Both the position numbers and the translations under genes were made by a program. From Tricharina praecox (taxonomy: Eukaryota), in the NCBI RefSeq assembly GCF_024521635.1, contig NW_026250404.1, positions 1,798,001-1,862,000 of the forward strand: 64,000 nucleotides of DNA, written 5' to 3'. Of the stretch, positions 48,607-61,500 are shown in pieces; position 1 is the stretch's first letter; every line of letters begins with the position of its first letter. Under the pieces are notes generated by a model. That model ran no database searches. It was not told the DNA's origin and worked only from the letters and a program-made list of their open reading frames with translations.

Positions 48607-50414
48607 CTACGAAACCGCACTCTGCCAGGGGCGGCCTACAAGCAAATACGCGCATCTCATCAGCTACTCTGCTTTCCCCACCCCCCCCCCCCCCCATCCA
48701 TGCCCTGGGCCCATCAACAAGGCGGGCTTGGAGAGGATGGCAACTGGTATCTGGGAGAAACATGGCCATACGTACCGCCACCACCGGTACCAGCACCACC
48801 AGTAATTGAGGCACCACCACTACCTCCTGGACCAACGCTAGGGTCGTCTAGTCTAAAGCCGTCACCCTCGTTGAACATGGCTCGGCTTACGCGGTCGAGG
48901 GCGTTGGACCAGTCGCTGATGGCACGCATTCTCTCAACGTCGGAATTGCTCTCGATTTGGACGGTGCCTTTCTCCTGGTTGATTTTTCCGCGGATCTTTT
49001 TATCGAGGATGAGAAAGCCGAGGATCTCCTGGACCTCCGGGATAGAGATCTTGAGTTGGCGCGCGATGAAGTCGAGCGTGAACCGCGTGAATGGCGCAAT
49101 GAGTTTAATGAGTGCCTCCGTGCGGATGTTACGGGTGACTTCGTCGATGTGCTGCCGGATGAAAGGGTCCGAGAGAATATCGGCTTTGTGCGTCTGCAGA
49201 ATCGATTCGTAGCGGTGGATCTCGTTGTGTTGGTATGCTTCCACCAGATCCGTCATGGCACAAATGCGGGGGTCGCTTCTGTACGGCTTGGTTTCTTGTG
49301 ATTCGAACGGGTTGATTTCCGTCTTCATCAGCATGCTTGCGAGAACGAGGTACTTGAGCACCTGGATTCGCTGCAGTGAGCCCGCTTCGTCATAGTTGCG
49401 GAAGGATTCGAAGAAATCGCTCTGCGCATCTTTCCAGTTCTCTGTGTGGCTTAGTTAGTTTAGTGCCTATCTAAGATGGCCGGGGGACGGAGTGGCCAAC
49501 CTTCGCTCATGTGCATCTTTCCTCCACACTCTCTGATGATACCCATGATTTTAGGATGCGGCACTGCCGACCGGACCTTCAAGGACTTGTTGTATAGAGC
49601 CTGACATTGGTCAGCAACTATTTTCCAAGCGGTGACTTCGGCCTGGTCAACAAACCTTCAACTTCTTATTGTTGCCCATCTCAGAATACATCTGAATTTC
49701 GATGGCATAGACCTCCAATAAATAAGTACCCTTGCTAGGATCATCAGATCCATCCGACTTCTGACAGGCTCTGTACAACGAGCGGACATTCCTAGTTAAC
49801 CGCGAGTACTCCTTCCTGTCCAGCCACAATTTCGCAAGCTTGATGTTTGTCTTCAACCATAGCCTCTCATTGTTCGAACCTGTAAACGCCTCTAGAGTCA
49901 TCCCGTAAAATCGTTCCATGTATGGCATGTCTTCCGGGTCGCTCGACGACGAGATGAAGTCCAGCATGTTGTTGATCGACTTCTCGGAGTAGTTGCGGGT
50001 GACTGCCGTCTTTATGTAGGTGAGAAGCTCTGCATAGTGTTCCACCGCCTGCGTATCGGTCAGCAAGCAGCTTTTCCACGTCCATAACCAAGGACATACC
50101 TTCTCATGCTGCTTCAATTTGAATTCTAGCTTGATGGCCTGCTTCAAACCCTTGAATCCCCTGTGCATCCATCATCAGCCCCCAGCATCTCATCCTATTC
50201 CCACATGGACCAACCAGTCTCCCTTTTCCTTCTCTGACTTGACAACCTCCAAGAACTCGTTGATTGCAGCCTCCGGATCTGTCGGCTTCATCTGCTTCGC
50301 ATTGTAGTATCGGTTCTCGATGTCCACGTCCGCAGACTCATCTTCTCCGTCATCTTCGTAGTCGAATTCATAGTCCTCGTTATCGGACTCCAGCATAAAG
50401 TCGTCGTCGGACAT
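48607..50414 (-). CDS. CSN2: COP9 signalosome subunit 2 (PCI domain); last exon uncertain, with possible stops at 48607, about 48664 or 48714
   Basis: Introns at 50161-50214, 50049-50099, 49601-49655, 49442-49500 and probably 48636-48775. Motifs [62 protein letters not shown] and [12 protein letters not shown]. Confidence 0.95.
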
Positions 50415-50978
50415 CTTGAAGGTGTTGTGGCGCAACGGAGGACAGCCGATAGAGGTGTTGGCGTTGGTGGTTTGGGATGGAGGTAGCTTGAGCTTGGGTT
50501 AACGTGGGGCAGCACACCCTAGTTAACTATAATTGAGCTCATACGCAACCGGGTAAGTCGCTTATTGTCCACCGGGACTCACTCGTCCTTGGAATCTTGT
50601 CTTCGTGGAACATTATTTCATTCTTCTTTCCATTCGCCGCAACAGACTAGATTGTAGCGGGATCTCCATCTCGACTCTCTCCGGTGAGACGAAAAGTTTG
50701 TTTAATTTGACTCGCCATGGCTTAGCTAGGCTGCATGCGAAATAAACTGATGTTCTCTCTCTTTCTTCTTGCCCGATAGCTTCTTTAGTTCCCCGCCATT
50801 GTCCGCTATTTACACATTCTAAGCTTTTGTTTTGATCGTCGCCCGCTCATATAAAAGGCATCAATCACAACCACTTGTTTTTCGAGTGGAGCCATGCCTC
50901 TTCTTCAACCCTCTCAGAAACCCCAATACAGAACCTCTTGGGCAACCTCAAATAAGTTTCAAGCGCGGCTATAGTAAT

Positions 50979-51799
50979 CTACCGTTTGACCACCAAATCG
51001 CTTCTCAAGACCCACTTCCCCACGCCACCGTCGTCTGTGACCTGTCTTCCTTCGTGAAGCATACACTCCCTCCCATGCCTATGAAGCACGGCAAGTCCTT
51101 TCTCCAGATCGACAACAACCTCTTCACTCCTCTTTGTCCTTGTAGCATCGGTATAAAACACCGTCTCGCCGCCGACGATGCCGTCTGCAGAGCCAGTGAG
51201 GTAGATCAACAACGTCCAGGTGGTTCGGCAAGGCACTGGTGGATCGCCGTGCATCAGCTGATTCGAATCATCGTAGTGCTTGTCAAAGAACTGTCCGGTT
51301 TGATAGCGATAGACTCGTATGCTGCTTCCGTCCTCAACATGCTGCCACTGCAAATACCACAATGACAGAACGTGACTCACTTCGTATTCAGTCCCACAAC
51401 TTCACCTCCCCATAAGTCGTTATCCTTCCTAGAAACGACATCCTTCAGTCCACTCTCAGTCCATAACCGCTCCGCGAATGCTGCATCATGGATCTGGAAA
51501 CGGTCGTTGACGCGGACCGCATCGCCGTGTTTCGGTTTTCCAGGTGTCGTGGTTAATGAAACGGATTTCTGGAGGTAGTTGACATATGTTTTGCATAGCG
51601 TCGAGGTGAAGAATCTGGGAATTGTAAGGATCTGTTCCGGTAGAACGTCTCTCAGTTCCAGGTCTGAAGGCGGGAGTAGCGGGGTTAAGGGTGGCCATGA
51701 TAGGGACTGTGGTGGGGTTGAAGCTACAGCCTGTGTCGCACCGGGTGGTAGAGTCCCCTTCTTCTTGTTGGATACGGTCGGCTGTTTTTTTGGCGGCAT
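50979..51799 (-). CDS. 2OG-Fe(II) oxygenase, prolyl-4-hydroxylase-like, 2 exons
   Basis: Intron at 51322-51380 gives GLNTNIRVYRYQTGQFFDKHYD..WTLLIYL..GGETVF..LHEG..KWVLRSD, i.e. the HxD...H...R signature. Confidence 0.88.
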
Positions 51800-52095
51800 G
51801 TTCGGTTATTTATGTCTCTTCAGCGTTGATGGATGATGACGATGGTGAGGGAGCTGAGAGATAAGCCGGCCCGCTATCGAGTCGGCTAGCCGCGTCTTGG
51901 CGGGAACGCTTGATCACGCTTCAGCCCCTCCACACACTCTCACCGCCTTCGTCACTGGCTGATCCAACATCCTTCCTCCATCTCCCATCGCTCACACCCA
52001 AGCAACGCAACCAACCACGTCCTCCACAACCCGATAGCTACTACAGAGAACTCGCCACTGCACACTTTTATATCCCGTCACCAGCGCGAAAACCG

Positions 52096-52987
52096 ATGAT
52101 GAATATCTTTTCTTACTTCGGAGGTGGAGGAAACGCGAAGCGGAATAATGCGTCGAAGGAAGCTATCGTCAAGCTGCGACAGCAGCTAGAAATGCTCAGG
52201 AAGCGCGAAATCCACACCGAGAAACAGATGCTGGAGCAGGAGGCTATCGCGAGGAAAAACGTCACAACGAACAAGACCGGTAGGAATGACTATTGCCCCT
52301 CACAGACAACTCGCCTGTTGGCCGCCTTCTGCGGTAACAACGACACAGGTACTAACGGTGTGTAATAGTTGCTCGAGCTGCTCTGAAGCGCAAAAAGGTT
52401 CTCGAGCAGAATTTGGTCACGACGCAGCAGCACATCAATACCCTAGAGCAACAGATGAACGCTGTGGAAACCGCGAACCTCAACATGGAGACGGTAAAGG
52501 TTATGAAGGAGGCTTCGGACGTCATGAAGGGCATGAACAAGCGTATCGGTATCAACGATGTCGACGAGACCATGTATGCACACCCCAGCCACCCTAGCCC
52601 GAAGCTCGGCTACAGCAGGATTTACTCGTCGCGGTTACTGACATCTTTGATGCCTGCAGGGAGGAGATCCGCGAGAACATGCAATACAACCAGGAGATTT
52701 CAGTTGCTATCGGCAACGTGAGCATGGCCGATCCGGAGGAGGAAGACGAGCTCGACGAGCTACTCGCAGATATGGAGCAGAAGGCGTTGGACGAGAAGAT
52801 GATCAGCGCACCTTCGGTACCCGTGACTACGCAAGGGCAGGCCGTCGCGCCGAGTAAGCAAAACCATACCGAAACTACCTATCACGTGAATATTTATACT
52901 GACAACTTTCTCACAGTCACCGTCAAGCCACAAGAGGAAGACGAAGAGGAAGAACTGCGGAAGCTACAGGCCGAGATGGCGATGTAG
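52096..52987 (+). CDS. SNF7: ESCRT-III subunit Snf7/Vps32, 4 exons
   Basis: Introns at 52280-52368, 52574-52659 and 52854-52916. Motifs AIVKLRQQLEMLRKRE, ARAALKRKK, LEQQMNAVETANLNMET, DVDETM and C-terminal EDEEEELRKLQAEMAM. Confidence 0.95.
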
Positions 52988-55900
52988 TGTGTCATAGACC
53001 CCGATGTTCTCTTCTCGGGATGCTCTTTTGTGTTAATCATTGCGACAAAGTTATCATGGCGGCATGGCATATTCCGACTACTCGCCCTTGATGTTAGATG
53101 AACTGATGATGATATGGGCTTGGGATTCACGTGCTATTCGCTTGCTTTGATATACACGTCTTCTATTAAGTTTTTCACAGGTGTTCTCTTTCTTTGCTTT
53201 GCTGATCCTGAAATGTTTTCTTCTCTTTCTCTGTCTCTGGTGCTGGTTGGTTTGTCTTGTCAGTTTTCGTTGCTGTAGTTTCTGCATTGGCTTTTCGATC
53301 CATCCGCTTCTTCTTTTCTTTCGATGCAATTCATATGGTTACATTTACATCCATACACATGACGCAGCCTCGCAAGGCTGGATCCCTGACACCTGTAGTA
53401 GCGAATATCCTTAAGAACTTACCAGGGCCAATCCCTGAGGTACCTAACGTAGTACCTCAACTTCAACTCTCGGGGCCGGGTGATGTAGTATGATCGTCTT
53501 TGGAGAATCACTCGGCGTTCACCGCTCGCCGTCGCGACATAATCTCGCCTCAATCAGGGTGTATGCAATTAATGATTGAACAAAAAAGCTACAATCAGGG
53601 TCCAGATGTGCCATCCGAGGAAACGAAAGTTCTTGAGATTAATCTGCAAAATAGGAACCGACTGAAGTCGACAGTCAGGTGAGAGCGAGATGACTGCTTC
53701 CCATGGCTCCGTCCGGATGCGTGCATCTAATGGATATCTTGTTGGCCCTATCGGCGGGCAGTATTCCTACTGGTCCGCGAGTGGCCTTTTGTCGTTCATC
53801 GCTTCTTTTCCGACGGACGGTGGCGGACAGATGTTGGGCTGGGCTGGCTGTGCGATGAAAGGTACATAGTATTCCGGCTGCAGATGGGCTCTGGATGCCA
53901 TCCCAAGAAAACTCAGTCACAAGGAAGTCAGCCGTCCGTCCAGTCAGTCTTGATCTCAATTCGAGGCTGAACAGTGCAGTTATTCGAATCAATGCTCGGA
54001 ACGGGGTTACGTCGCTGACTCTTGAAAGTCCATGCTTGGGACGGACGATTATGAATGACGATTAATGACGGACGGCTGAAGATTGTGTCTGATTTGGGGA
54101 GAAGTCTGAACATCCAACACTGATATTCACGTGTGGCAATAGTCTGTATGGTAGAATTCCCCATAACCCGACCCGGTCACTGGAGACCCTGGACTACAGC
54201 AGGGTCGTGGCAATGTACGGCTGTCAAACAATTGATTTGATTGATCGATTGGAAATTGAACTTGTTCAGCAGGATTCGGGCGAATCACGGGCTAATTTAC
54301 ATCATCGCAGTACCAAGTGTCCCTAGAGGCTTGGGCATCCACCAGTGAAGACCATCTGCACTGGCTCCCTCCAACTCATACCCGGGAACGACCCACAGAT
54401 TGAGGCATCACAAGACTGGAGGGCGGGCGGAGTATCTGGTTTTAATCACTAGCGATCACTTTGTAGTTGAGCGAGTACCGTGCTGGGGGCGTCGGTCATA
54501 TCGGCCAACGATTCAACACGGCGAACGCACCGCCTAACAGCCAATAAGGCGACCTGGTGAGTTGAGCGCCTCGAGCGCGACCTGAGGAGGATGTAATGCT
54601 ACTTTAGCATTTCGTCGCTACATCCCACCAGTCATGAGAGATTAAGAGCCCCAATATTAATCCCGTTTCTGTCCCCACAGCCAATCCCACTAGTGGCCAC
54701 TATCGAGTGCGACCCCATGACCAATTGTCCCCCGCGCCCACTGCGTCCAATGCACAGCGCACATGGATTCCCCACCACTCCACCTTTGCATCCCCCCACG
54801 ACCCAGCCTATGACATCCAAAGCTCCGCCCCGTAGATATGTAGCAGTATCAAGGCCCCCCAAGCACCCAGGACCAATCATATCGATTGACAAACAACACG
54901 TTCCGGCAGCGGTTTAATGTCTGTCACTTTCGCGCGCCGCAGATCACGATCGACTCTACGTAAAGTCGTTCGGATGGATGAATGACACCAGATAAAGTGT
55001 ACTTACATAGGTCTTCCTTTTCTTGCTTGATCATACATAATCGGGATAGGGCTATGAAAGTGCAGGATAGAGTACTTGGAAGATAAGTGAAATGAGTTCA
55101 CTTCCATTTTATTCCGGACAGAAACAGCCCGGTCTTTCCCGGCCAAAGGATAGAGGCGACAAAACAACAACTCCGTTTGCATTTTCCACCACTGCCTGGA
55201 GGTGTGGTCAAAAGAAGCAAAACGGCCACCACGGTACTACTTTTCGGCTCGTCGGGTAATTCCGTCAGCATACCTGCTCTAGTCCCAGGTCTGTGCGTTG
55301 AGCGGCGAGGAAGAAGAAGAAGGGAAGGGAAGGAAAAAAAGAAATTTCGGGTCAGAGGCGGGGTGGAAGGGGCAGGATGATGATCATAGGCCCTGGAAGA
55401 AGGAGAAGCACAATGCTACTGGACGACGGGCACAGTTCAACTCGAAACCCTTCTCCACCATGACAAAAGCAAAAGCGCACTTTCTCCCGGTGCGGCGGGG
55501 CAGACCAGCCCTCCTCATCCATATAAACGCCCAAACACTTGCACATACCCGGGGTAAGTGGAGAACGTTATCACCAAATTACTCTATTTTGCCCACTGTC
55601 ATCCTGGACTGCCACCGCGATAATCCGACAGCCAGCCTACTGCACCGATCTATCGGAGCTACAATACTCTATTGCTATCATACCGGCACTTTTGCTTGGG
55701 CCTGACGCAAGCGATAAGTCATACCGACTGCCTCTCCACTTCGTCCAACCGCTAGCATATCCGCCCGTTATTTGCGCGATATATAAACATCTTACAGTTA
55801 TTCACCGACTCAGCCGCCGCTCGGTCTTATACACAAAATCGCGGAACGAGGCACCCGGGAGCCCTAAATACAGTCATTTGTACAAGTGCATACGGTAGGA

Positions 55901-56131
55901 GCATCCCTAAAGATTTATGGAGGACTCCTCTCAAACCTGCAGAAGTCTCGTTCTCGGCAACGGACAACGGCCAGCAGCCCAGACTGAACCAGAAGCATAA
56001 CTTTGAATTTGGCTCTCGGCCATACGCGTACAATTACATACCCAACACCTCTTTATTTATCTCTGACTTTCGACAATCCTTTGCTCGCCTCCTCATACCT
56101 CCCGAAACAAACCTCCCATCCATTACGAACG

Positions 56132-57328
56132 ATGTCGACAACTGGGTCATTTAAGCCGAGCCTGCGGGTTCAGACCGCACCGCCACCTAATCCTTCTCCT
56201 TCAACAACAACACGAACGATGGCTACGCCGCCGATGACCCCCGTTGCCTCTTCAGCGTTTGCGGACTGGGGTGCAGTGAGCCCCGGTTTTGTCGCCCGAA
56301 CTACAATAGACTTGATGAGTGTTCGACGGAGGGCTTTGACCGAAACGCCAGCTTATCCGGCGGGGAGGTGCAGTGAGGATGTTGAGAGGGGAGCCAGAGT
56401 GAATCTCGGCAGTGGAGCATGGAGTGCGGTTGTTCGAGGGACGCTGGTGTCGGACGCCGGCAAGAGGACGGTCGCCATCAAGAAACCTTGCCATCCTGGC
56501 GCCGATAAGGTCCTCAGGCAGGAGGCCGAGATATTGGCCTACATCACTGCGGCTGCTCCGAGCGAGTCGATTGTGAAATTCTTCGGGTTTGAACCGGTGA
56601 CTTCAGCGGTGGTGATGGAATACATCCCTGGGACGACACTCGCAGACTACGCCCGGGACTCGAGGAGGAAGCGGGTGGAGCAGCGAACAGGCTTGACGAG
56701 CGCTGTGAAATCCCAACCGGTGATGGGCCTTCCGGAGTGGCTGGATCTCTCAGTCCAACTGGTCGACACATTCGTGCATCTGAAGCGGATCGGGGTTATC
56801 CATGGGGATATGACATGGCACAACGTTCTGATCAAGGAGAGCCGAACTGAGTCTGGAAGCCAGTTGACACCTATTGTGATCGACTTCTCGTCAGGACACC
56901 TGGACGTCGAGGGATATCTACCGGCCCCAGTGAGTGCCACTACTACTGCCTTCTGTTCCCCCGAGCTCCTCGAGGCCCATATCCGCCGCCCGATCACCCC
57001 GCCACTGTCCCCGACGGATAAGCCAGCACAGGAAGATCACGGACCCCGCCCAACATATGCGAGTGATCTCTACGGATTGGCGATGACCCTGCTCTCTGCA
57101 GCCATCGGAACCGAGGTCTACGAAAACGCTGGCCGGCATGGCGGGATATATGCTCGTCAGGGACAGCCGTTGGAATGGGTGAGGAACGGCGATGCGTTTT
57201 TGATGGTCGGAACGAGGACAGCTCTTTCCAAGTCGTTGATGGGATGTTTTGGACGTGTTGCCGAGAAACGGGTGGTGGTGGAAGAGCTCCGGGATCGCCT
57301 GGTGAGCCATATGGAGGGTTCGGCATGA
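56132..57328 (+). CDS. Divergent fungal protein kinase-like protein
   Basis: Intronless. Motifs LGSGAWSAV (Gly loop), VAIKK, helix-C Glu (RQEAEIL), VMEY, HGDMTWHNVL, IDFS, TAFCSPELL and SDLYGLAMTL. First in-frame ATG is at 56132. Confidence 0.85.
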   Translation: MSTTGSFKPSLRVQTAPPPNPSPSTTTRTMATPPMTPVASSAFADWGAVSPGFVARTTIDLMSVRRRALTETPAYPAGRCSEDVERGARVNLGSGAWSAVVRGTLVSDAGKRTVAIKKPCHPGADKVLRQEAEILAYITAAAPSESIVKFFGFEPVTSAVVMEYIPGTTLADYARDSRRKRVEQRTGLTSAVKSQPVMGLPEWLDLSVQLVDTFVHLKRIGVIHGDMTWHNVLIKESRTESGSQLTPIVIDFSSGHLDVEGYLPAPVSATTTAFCSPELLEAHIRRPITPPLSPTDKPAQEDHGPRPTYASDLYGLAMTLLSAAIGTEVYENAGRHGGIYARQGQPLEWVRNGDAFLMVGTRTALSKSLMGCFGRVAEKRVVVEELRDRLVSHMEGSA

Positions 57329-57608
57329 ATGTGTCACACAGATAGAGCGATTGGGATGAATGTTCGAATAGAGCGCCGGCGCGGGTATTGTGTAGGTATA
57401 TAGTTATGGGTAGAGGGGTGGGTGTTTCTTTGGTTGGGATCATAGATCGGTTGCTTACGGTTTTGGGACGGGTTCTTTTGTCTACTTGATGGCAGTCAGT
57501 GCCGGGCGTTTTAGATTCATGGATTGCGGGAGGTATGGGACCAATAGAGTTGATGTTGAATTACTTTTTTAGCCAGCTTGGTGACCAATCGCTCCCGTAT
57601 AAACGAAG

Positions 57609-58010
57609 TTACATCTCCATTCTCTGTTGATGAGCATCCACCTCCTTCTCAGTAGCAAGTCGCTCTCCCAACACCTGGTTGTATTTGGATGGTGCAATGA
57701 GTCCTGCATCCCAAAGCATGATAGCATCCACCATAGTAACTCCCTCCTCACAGTTTTTCGACTCAGTGATGTATCCGATAACATTGAACCAACACCCGTC
57801 TCTGAGGCGTCCAATACCCAGAGTCTGCAGAGCGAGAGTGATATCGACATCAGCGCGGGGAACCGCTTTGGGCGGGGTGGTGAGCGTCAGAATAGCGTTG
57901 GCGTGATCATAGCCACGGATGCAGCCTAGAAAACGGACTTTCGTCCCGACTGGTTGAGACGATAGCTCGTGCAGAGGTAGTAGAGTTGATGCGGGGACGT
58001 AGTGCGACAT
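57609..58010 (-). CDS. TEN1: Telomere-capping CST complex subunit Ten1 (OB fold), 133 aa
   Basis: GTKVRFLGCIRGYD..ILTL..VDITLAL..GCWFNVIGYI..VDAIMLWDAG is the typical filamentous-fungal Ten1 pattern. Further in-frame ATGs exist upstream. Confidence 0.85.
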   Translation of the reverse strand: MSHYVPASTLLPLHELSSQPVGTKVRFLGCIRGYDHANAILTLTTPPKAVPRADVDITLALQTLGIGRLRDGCWFNVIGYITESKNCEEGVTMVDAIMLWDAGLIAPSKYNQVLGERLATEKEVDAHQQRMEM

Positions 58011-58566
58011 GGTGCTTGGGGGAGTGGATGGTGTTGAAGCTGGCCGTGCCAGTGGATTCCCTTGCAGTTCTTGTTGCATGGCGAATTGCCGGGTAATCGA
58101 AATACTCCGTAAGCCCAAAAGACGAGTGATGTGTCGTGGATCAAAACGTGTACTTGTTCTTCGTTTCCTCAAGTCCATTACCATCCATATCCGCGTCCCA
58201 CCTAAACCTAACACTTCGAGAATACCACCATTCGCTTGTATATTTCAGGCCCATCCCTCAGTTGGAAGTCCGACGTAGCCCAGTCCCTGCTTTGCATTCG
58301 CTGCTAGTTAGTGCCACCAGGCATTCACAGCCAATCACAGGGCCGAGTTCTCCGCTCTTCATCGCGCTTCGCTTCTTCCATCCCCAGTTCAAACTGTGAA
58401 GAGAACCCTCTATTTACTTCACTCTCTCACCCGCAAAACACGAAACGAACCATCCCGCTGATCCGCTCGGGGCGATTAGGATCCATCACCGTGTCTGCAC
58501 TGCCGCCTGTCCATCCCCTTTCCGTTAAAGGCAAAGGGCTGGACGTCGGAAGTGTTTGTCGCAATC

Positions 58567-61500
58567 ATGGAGAATCGCTCACCCGGCGCCGACGCGCCGA
58601 CGAAGCCGGAACACGAGCTTGGACCGCCCACTGTGGACGAAACGGAGACCGAGGCTACTACCGAAAAACAGCCCGTTGTAACGCGTGCGACGTCGCCGGT
58701 CGCGGTACCTATCGACGTTGATGTTCCCCCGGCCGTCGAAGTCGGTGTCGGTGTCGGTGTCGGCCCCGCGCAGGAGGACGTGGAAATGTCGGGGGTGACG
58801 GATGATACTACAGCCACAGCCGTACCGACAGCTACAGCTGCGGAACTGGTGTCGGAGACGGCTCTGAAGGCGACCGACGCTATGGTTATTACTACAGTCC
58901 CTGAAGTGGTAACGGTTCCGGAAGTCGCGCCGCCCTCGCCGGTCGTTGTCGATGCCGATATCGATGCTGCCCCCTCGTCGGCGCCACCTGCAACCGCCGA
59001 CGTACCGCCGCCCACCGATGTCGATCCTGCATCGCCCGTGCGACTCGATGCGGATGTGGATCTCGGTGTCGATGTTGCCTCGGCACCACCAGCGCCCGCA
59101 GCAGCGTCGCCGCCTGTCGATGTTGATTCCACGCCGCCTGTCGATGTTGATTCCATGCCGCCTGTTGACACCGATGCAGGCCTTGGTGGTATTTCTACGC
59201 AGGGCGACGACGTGGAGATGTCGGGGGTGACGGACACTCCCGATGTGGCTACACCTGTGGAAGTAAAAACACAGATGGCTCCGGTGGTGTCGGTCACAAC
59301 GATCACGGCTACAGTGCGTGGAGCGGAGACGGCCCCGGAAGTGTCGGGAAGCGCAAGCCCGCCAGCGCCTGCCATGAAGTCGCCCAGGATAGGTTTAGTT
59401 GCCCCGGAGGTGGTAGTGGAGCAGGTAGCGGGGCACATGGTGGAGCAATTAGAAGAGTCTCACCCTCAGATCGCGAGAAACGATGTTGAGGACGAGACAG
59501 CCACGGACGTCGCCGAGACCGTCGCCGAACCCACTCAAAGAGTGCCTTCTCCGCCTGCGGACACAAGTGTGCTGGAAATTGCGAGCGAGCCCGATGCCAC
59601 GCCTCTCCCTACTCGGAGGGCGACTTCCCCACGCATCACTGCTGATATTCTCGAAGCTGCGACTCCTACGGAAATTGATCAAGCTCCAACTCAAACTTCG
59701 ACCTGCGAGTCTATGAACGAGCCTGAGCCCGAGACTACTGCGTCAATTTCCAACGCGTCCCCTCCGCCGGTCAACGCCAACGTGCCCGACCCCGCGAACG
59801 AAACCGACACTCCAAATGCAGGTCCCCCGCTCGCAAACACCAATATATCCGACGCACCGCCAGCGCCTACCCCAAGCGCAACCTTCCCGCTCATAGACAC
59901 CGAGATATCAGACGCACCACCAACGCCTACCCTGAGCACACCCTCACCGCTCGCCAAAGCGACATCATCTGAAATCGGGACCATCGCGGAACTAGAACAA
60001 GCTCAAGCTTTAATTCCAATTACCAAAGCTTCGAAGGACTTCAGTGCTGCGCCTATTCGACACGCAACTCCCGCCCCACTCGATAGTGCCAATGTGCCTG
60101 AATTTCCCAACCAGCCTGAAACTGTGTCTATCCGCAGCGTGACACCGCCATTCAATACTGCTAATATGCCTGAATTTGCAACGCCAACGCAACCGACGAA
60201 CAGGGACCTGCGGAATATCATTCTCGCAGCGGCCTCATCGGTGCAAGCTCAATTCCATCATGGTTCCGTACCGCCCTCGCCGGTTGTCGAGCCAGGGGCT
60301 TTACACGAACTCGACGATTTCGGAACACCCGGTCGGCGGCGTTCCTCGGCGGTTGGTGGTATTGCCGGTCTAGAGGAGCTTCGGAACAGGGAAGCGGTGG
60401 AATCGGATAGATTCGATCAGCTTATCCAGGCGACTAAGTTTGGCGGTGACGACGATTCGACTCCAGTAGTGGACGCGTTTCTGAGGCTGGATTTCGAGGA
60501 CGGAAATGTTTACTATATCCGAAACCCCTCGGTGGTATTCGGCCGGGCAGAAGGTTCTGCGGCGGGATATTACTCGCACATTGGACCTGACGGGAGCACA
60601 ATCATTGAAACGGGGCCCCGCGGATTCGGCAGGACTACGTCTTCGGGATTAACGAGCATGAAGAGGGAGAAAAAGAAGAGAAAGAAGAAGAAGGACGAGG
60701 TTGGCGTGTCTGGAAAGACCCAGAGCATTGCCTCCGAATCTGCGCTGTCTCGACGGGGCCCCGAGTTCGCTCAACCTCCGCGGTTCCGAGATCCCTTTGG
60801 ATTCGCCGACATGGTTGAGGTAGAGGAGCCCGTAATTCACCTTCCCCTTTCAAACGCTTCGATGGGCGATAGTGCTGCGCTGCCCCTCAGGAAGAACATA
60901 TCTCGACGTCACGCCCGTCTATTCTACAACACTCAAAAACATCGCTTTGAGCTTGAAATTATGGGTAAAAACGGTGCCTTCGTGGACGAAGAGTATGTTC
61001 AGGCCGGCACAACCATTGTCGTTGAAGAGAAGGGCATGAAAGTGCAGATTGGTGGAATATCTTTCAACGTTATCGTCCCAGAGATCCCATTGAGGCAAGA
61101 GTCTGTCGAAGAAGAAGAGGAAGAGGAAGAGGAAGAGCCTGTGGTCGCTCCTCCTCCCAAGTTCACGGGAGGAAAGGGGAAGATGAACTACAACTTTCAG
61201 GACGAGAGTGGTAACGAAGACTACAGCGAAAACGACGAAGATCTTGAGATGGAGGACGTTGACGCTGGCCCGGATAGCGGAGGAGAGGGCAGTATCGAGA
61301 ATGATAGTGGCCAGGAGAGTGATGAAGACGAGGAGGCTGAAGACGATGGTGGCTCTGGAGGAGATGCAGACGAGGAGGGTGACCAGGACGAATCCTCCGA
61401 TGAAGATGAGTTGGAGGATTCACCTAGCCCCGAACCCACGAAGCCAATCCGACCAAGGCCCATGAAGAGCATCGTGGATATCAGGAAGAGAGAGCAAGAG

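Noticed and set aside
5161..50180. Frequent GCTGAT branch sites (about eight introns) as unusual splicing signals
   Set aside because: They fall within the normal fungal CTRAY consensus.
39349..50414. RPN3 and CSN2, both PCI-domain genes, lie within 8 kb as a possible duplication or cluster
   Set aside because: They are not the direct paralogue pair (Rpn3 pairs with Csn3, Csn2 with Rpn6), and NUP188 separates them. Proximity is probably chance without synteny data.
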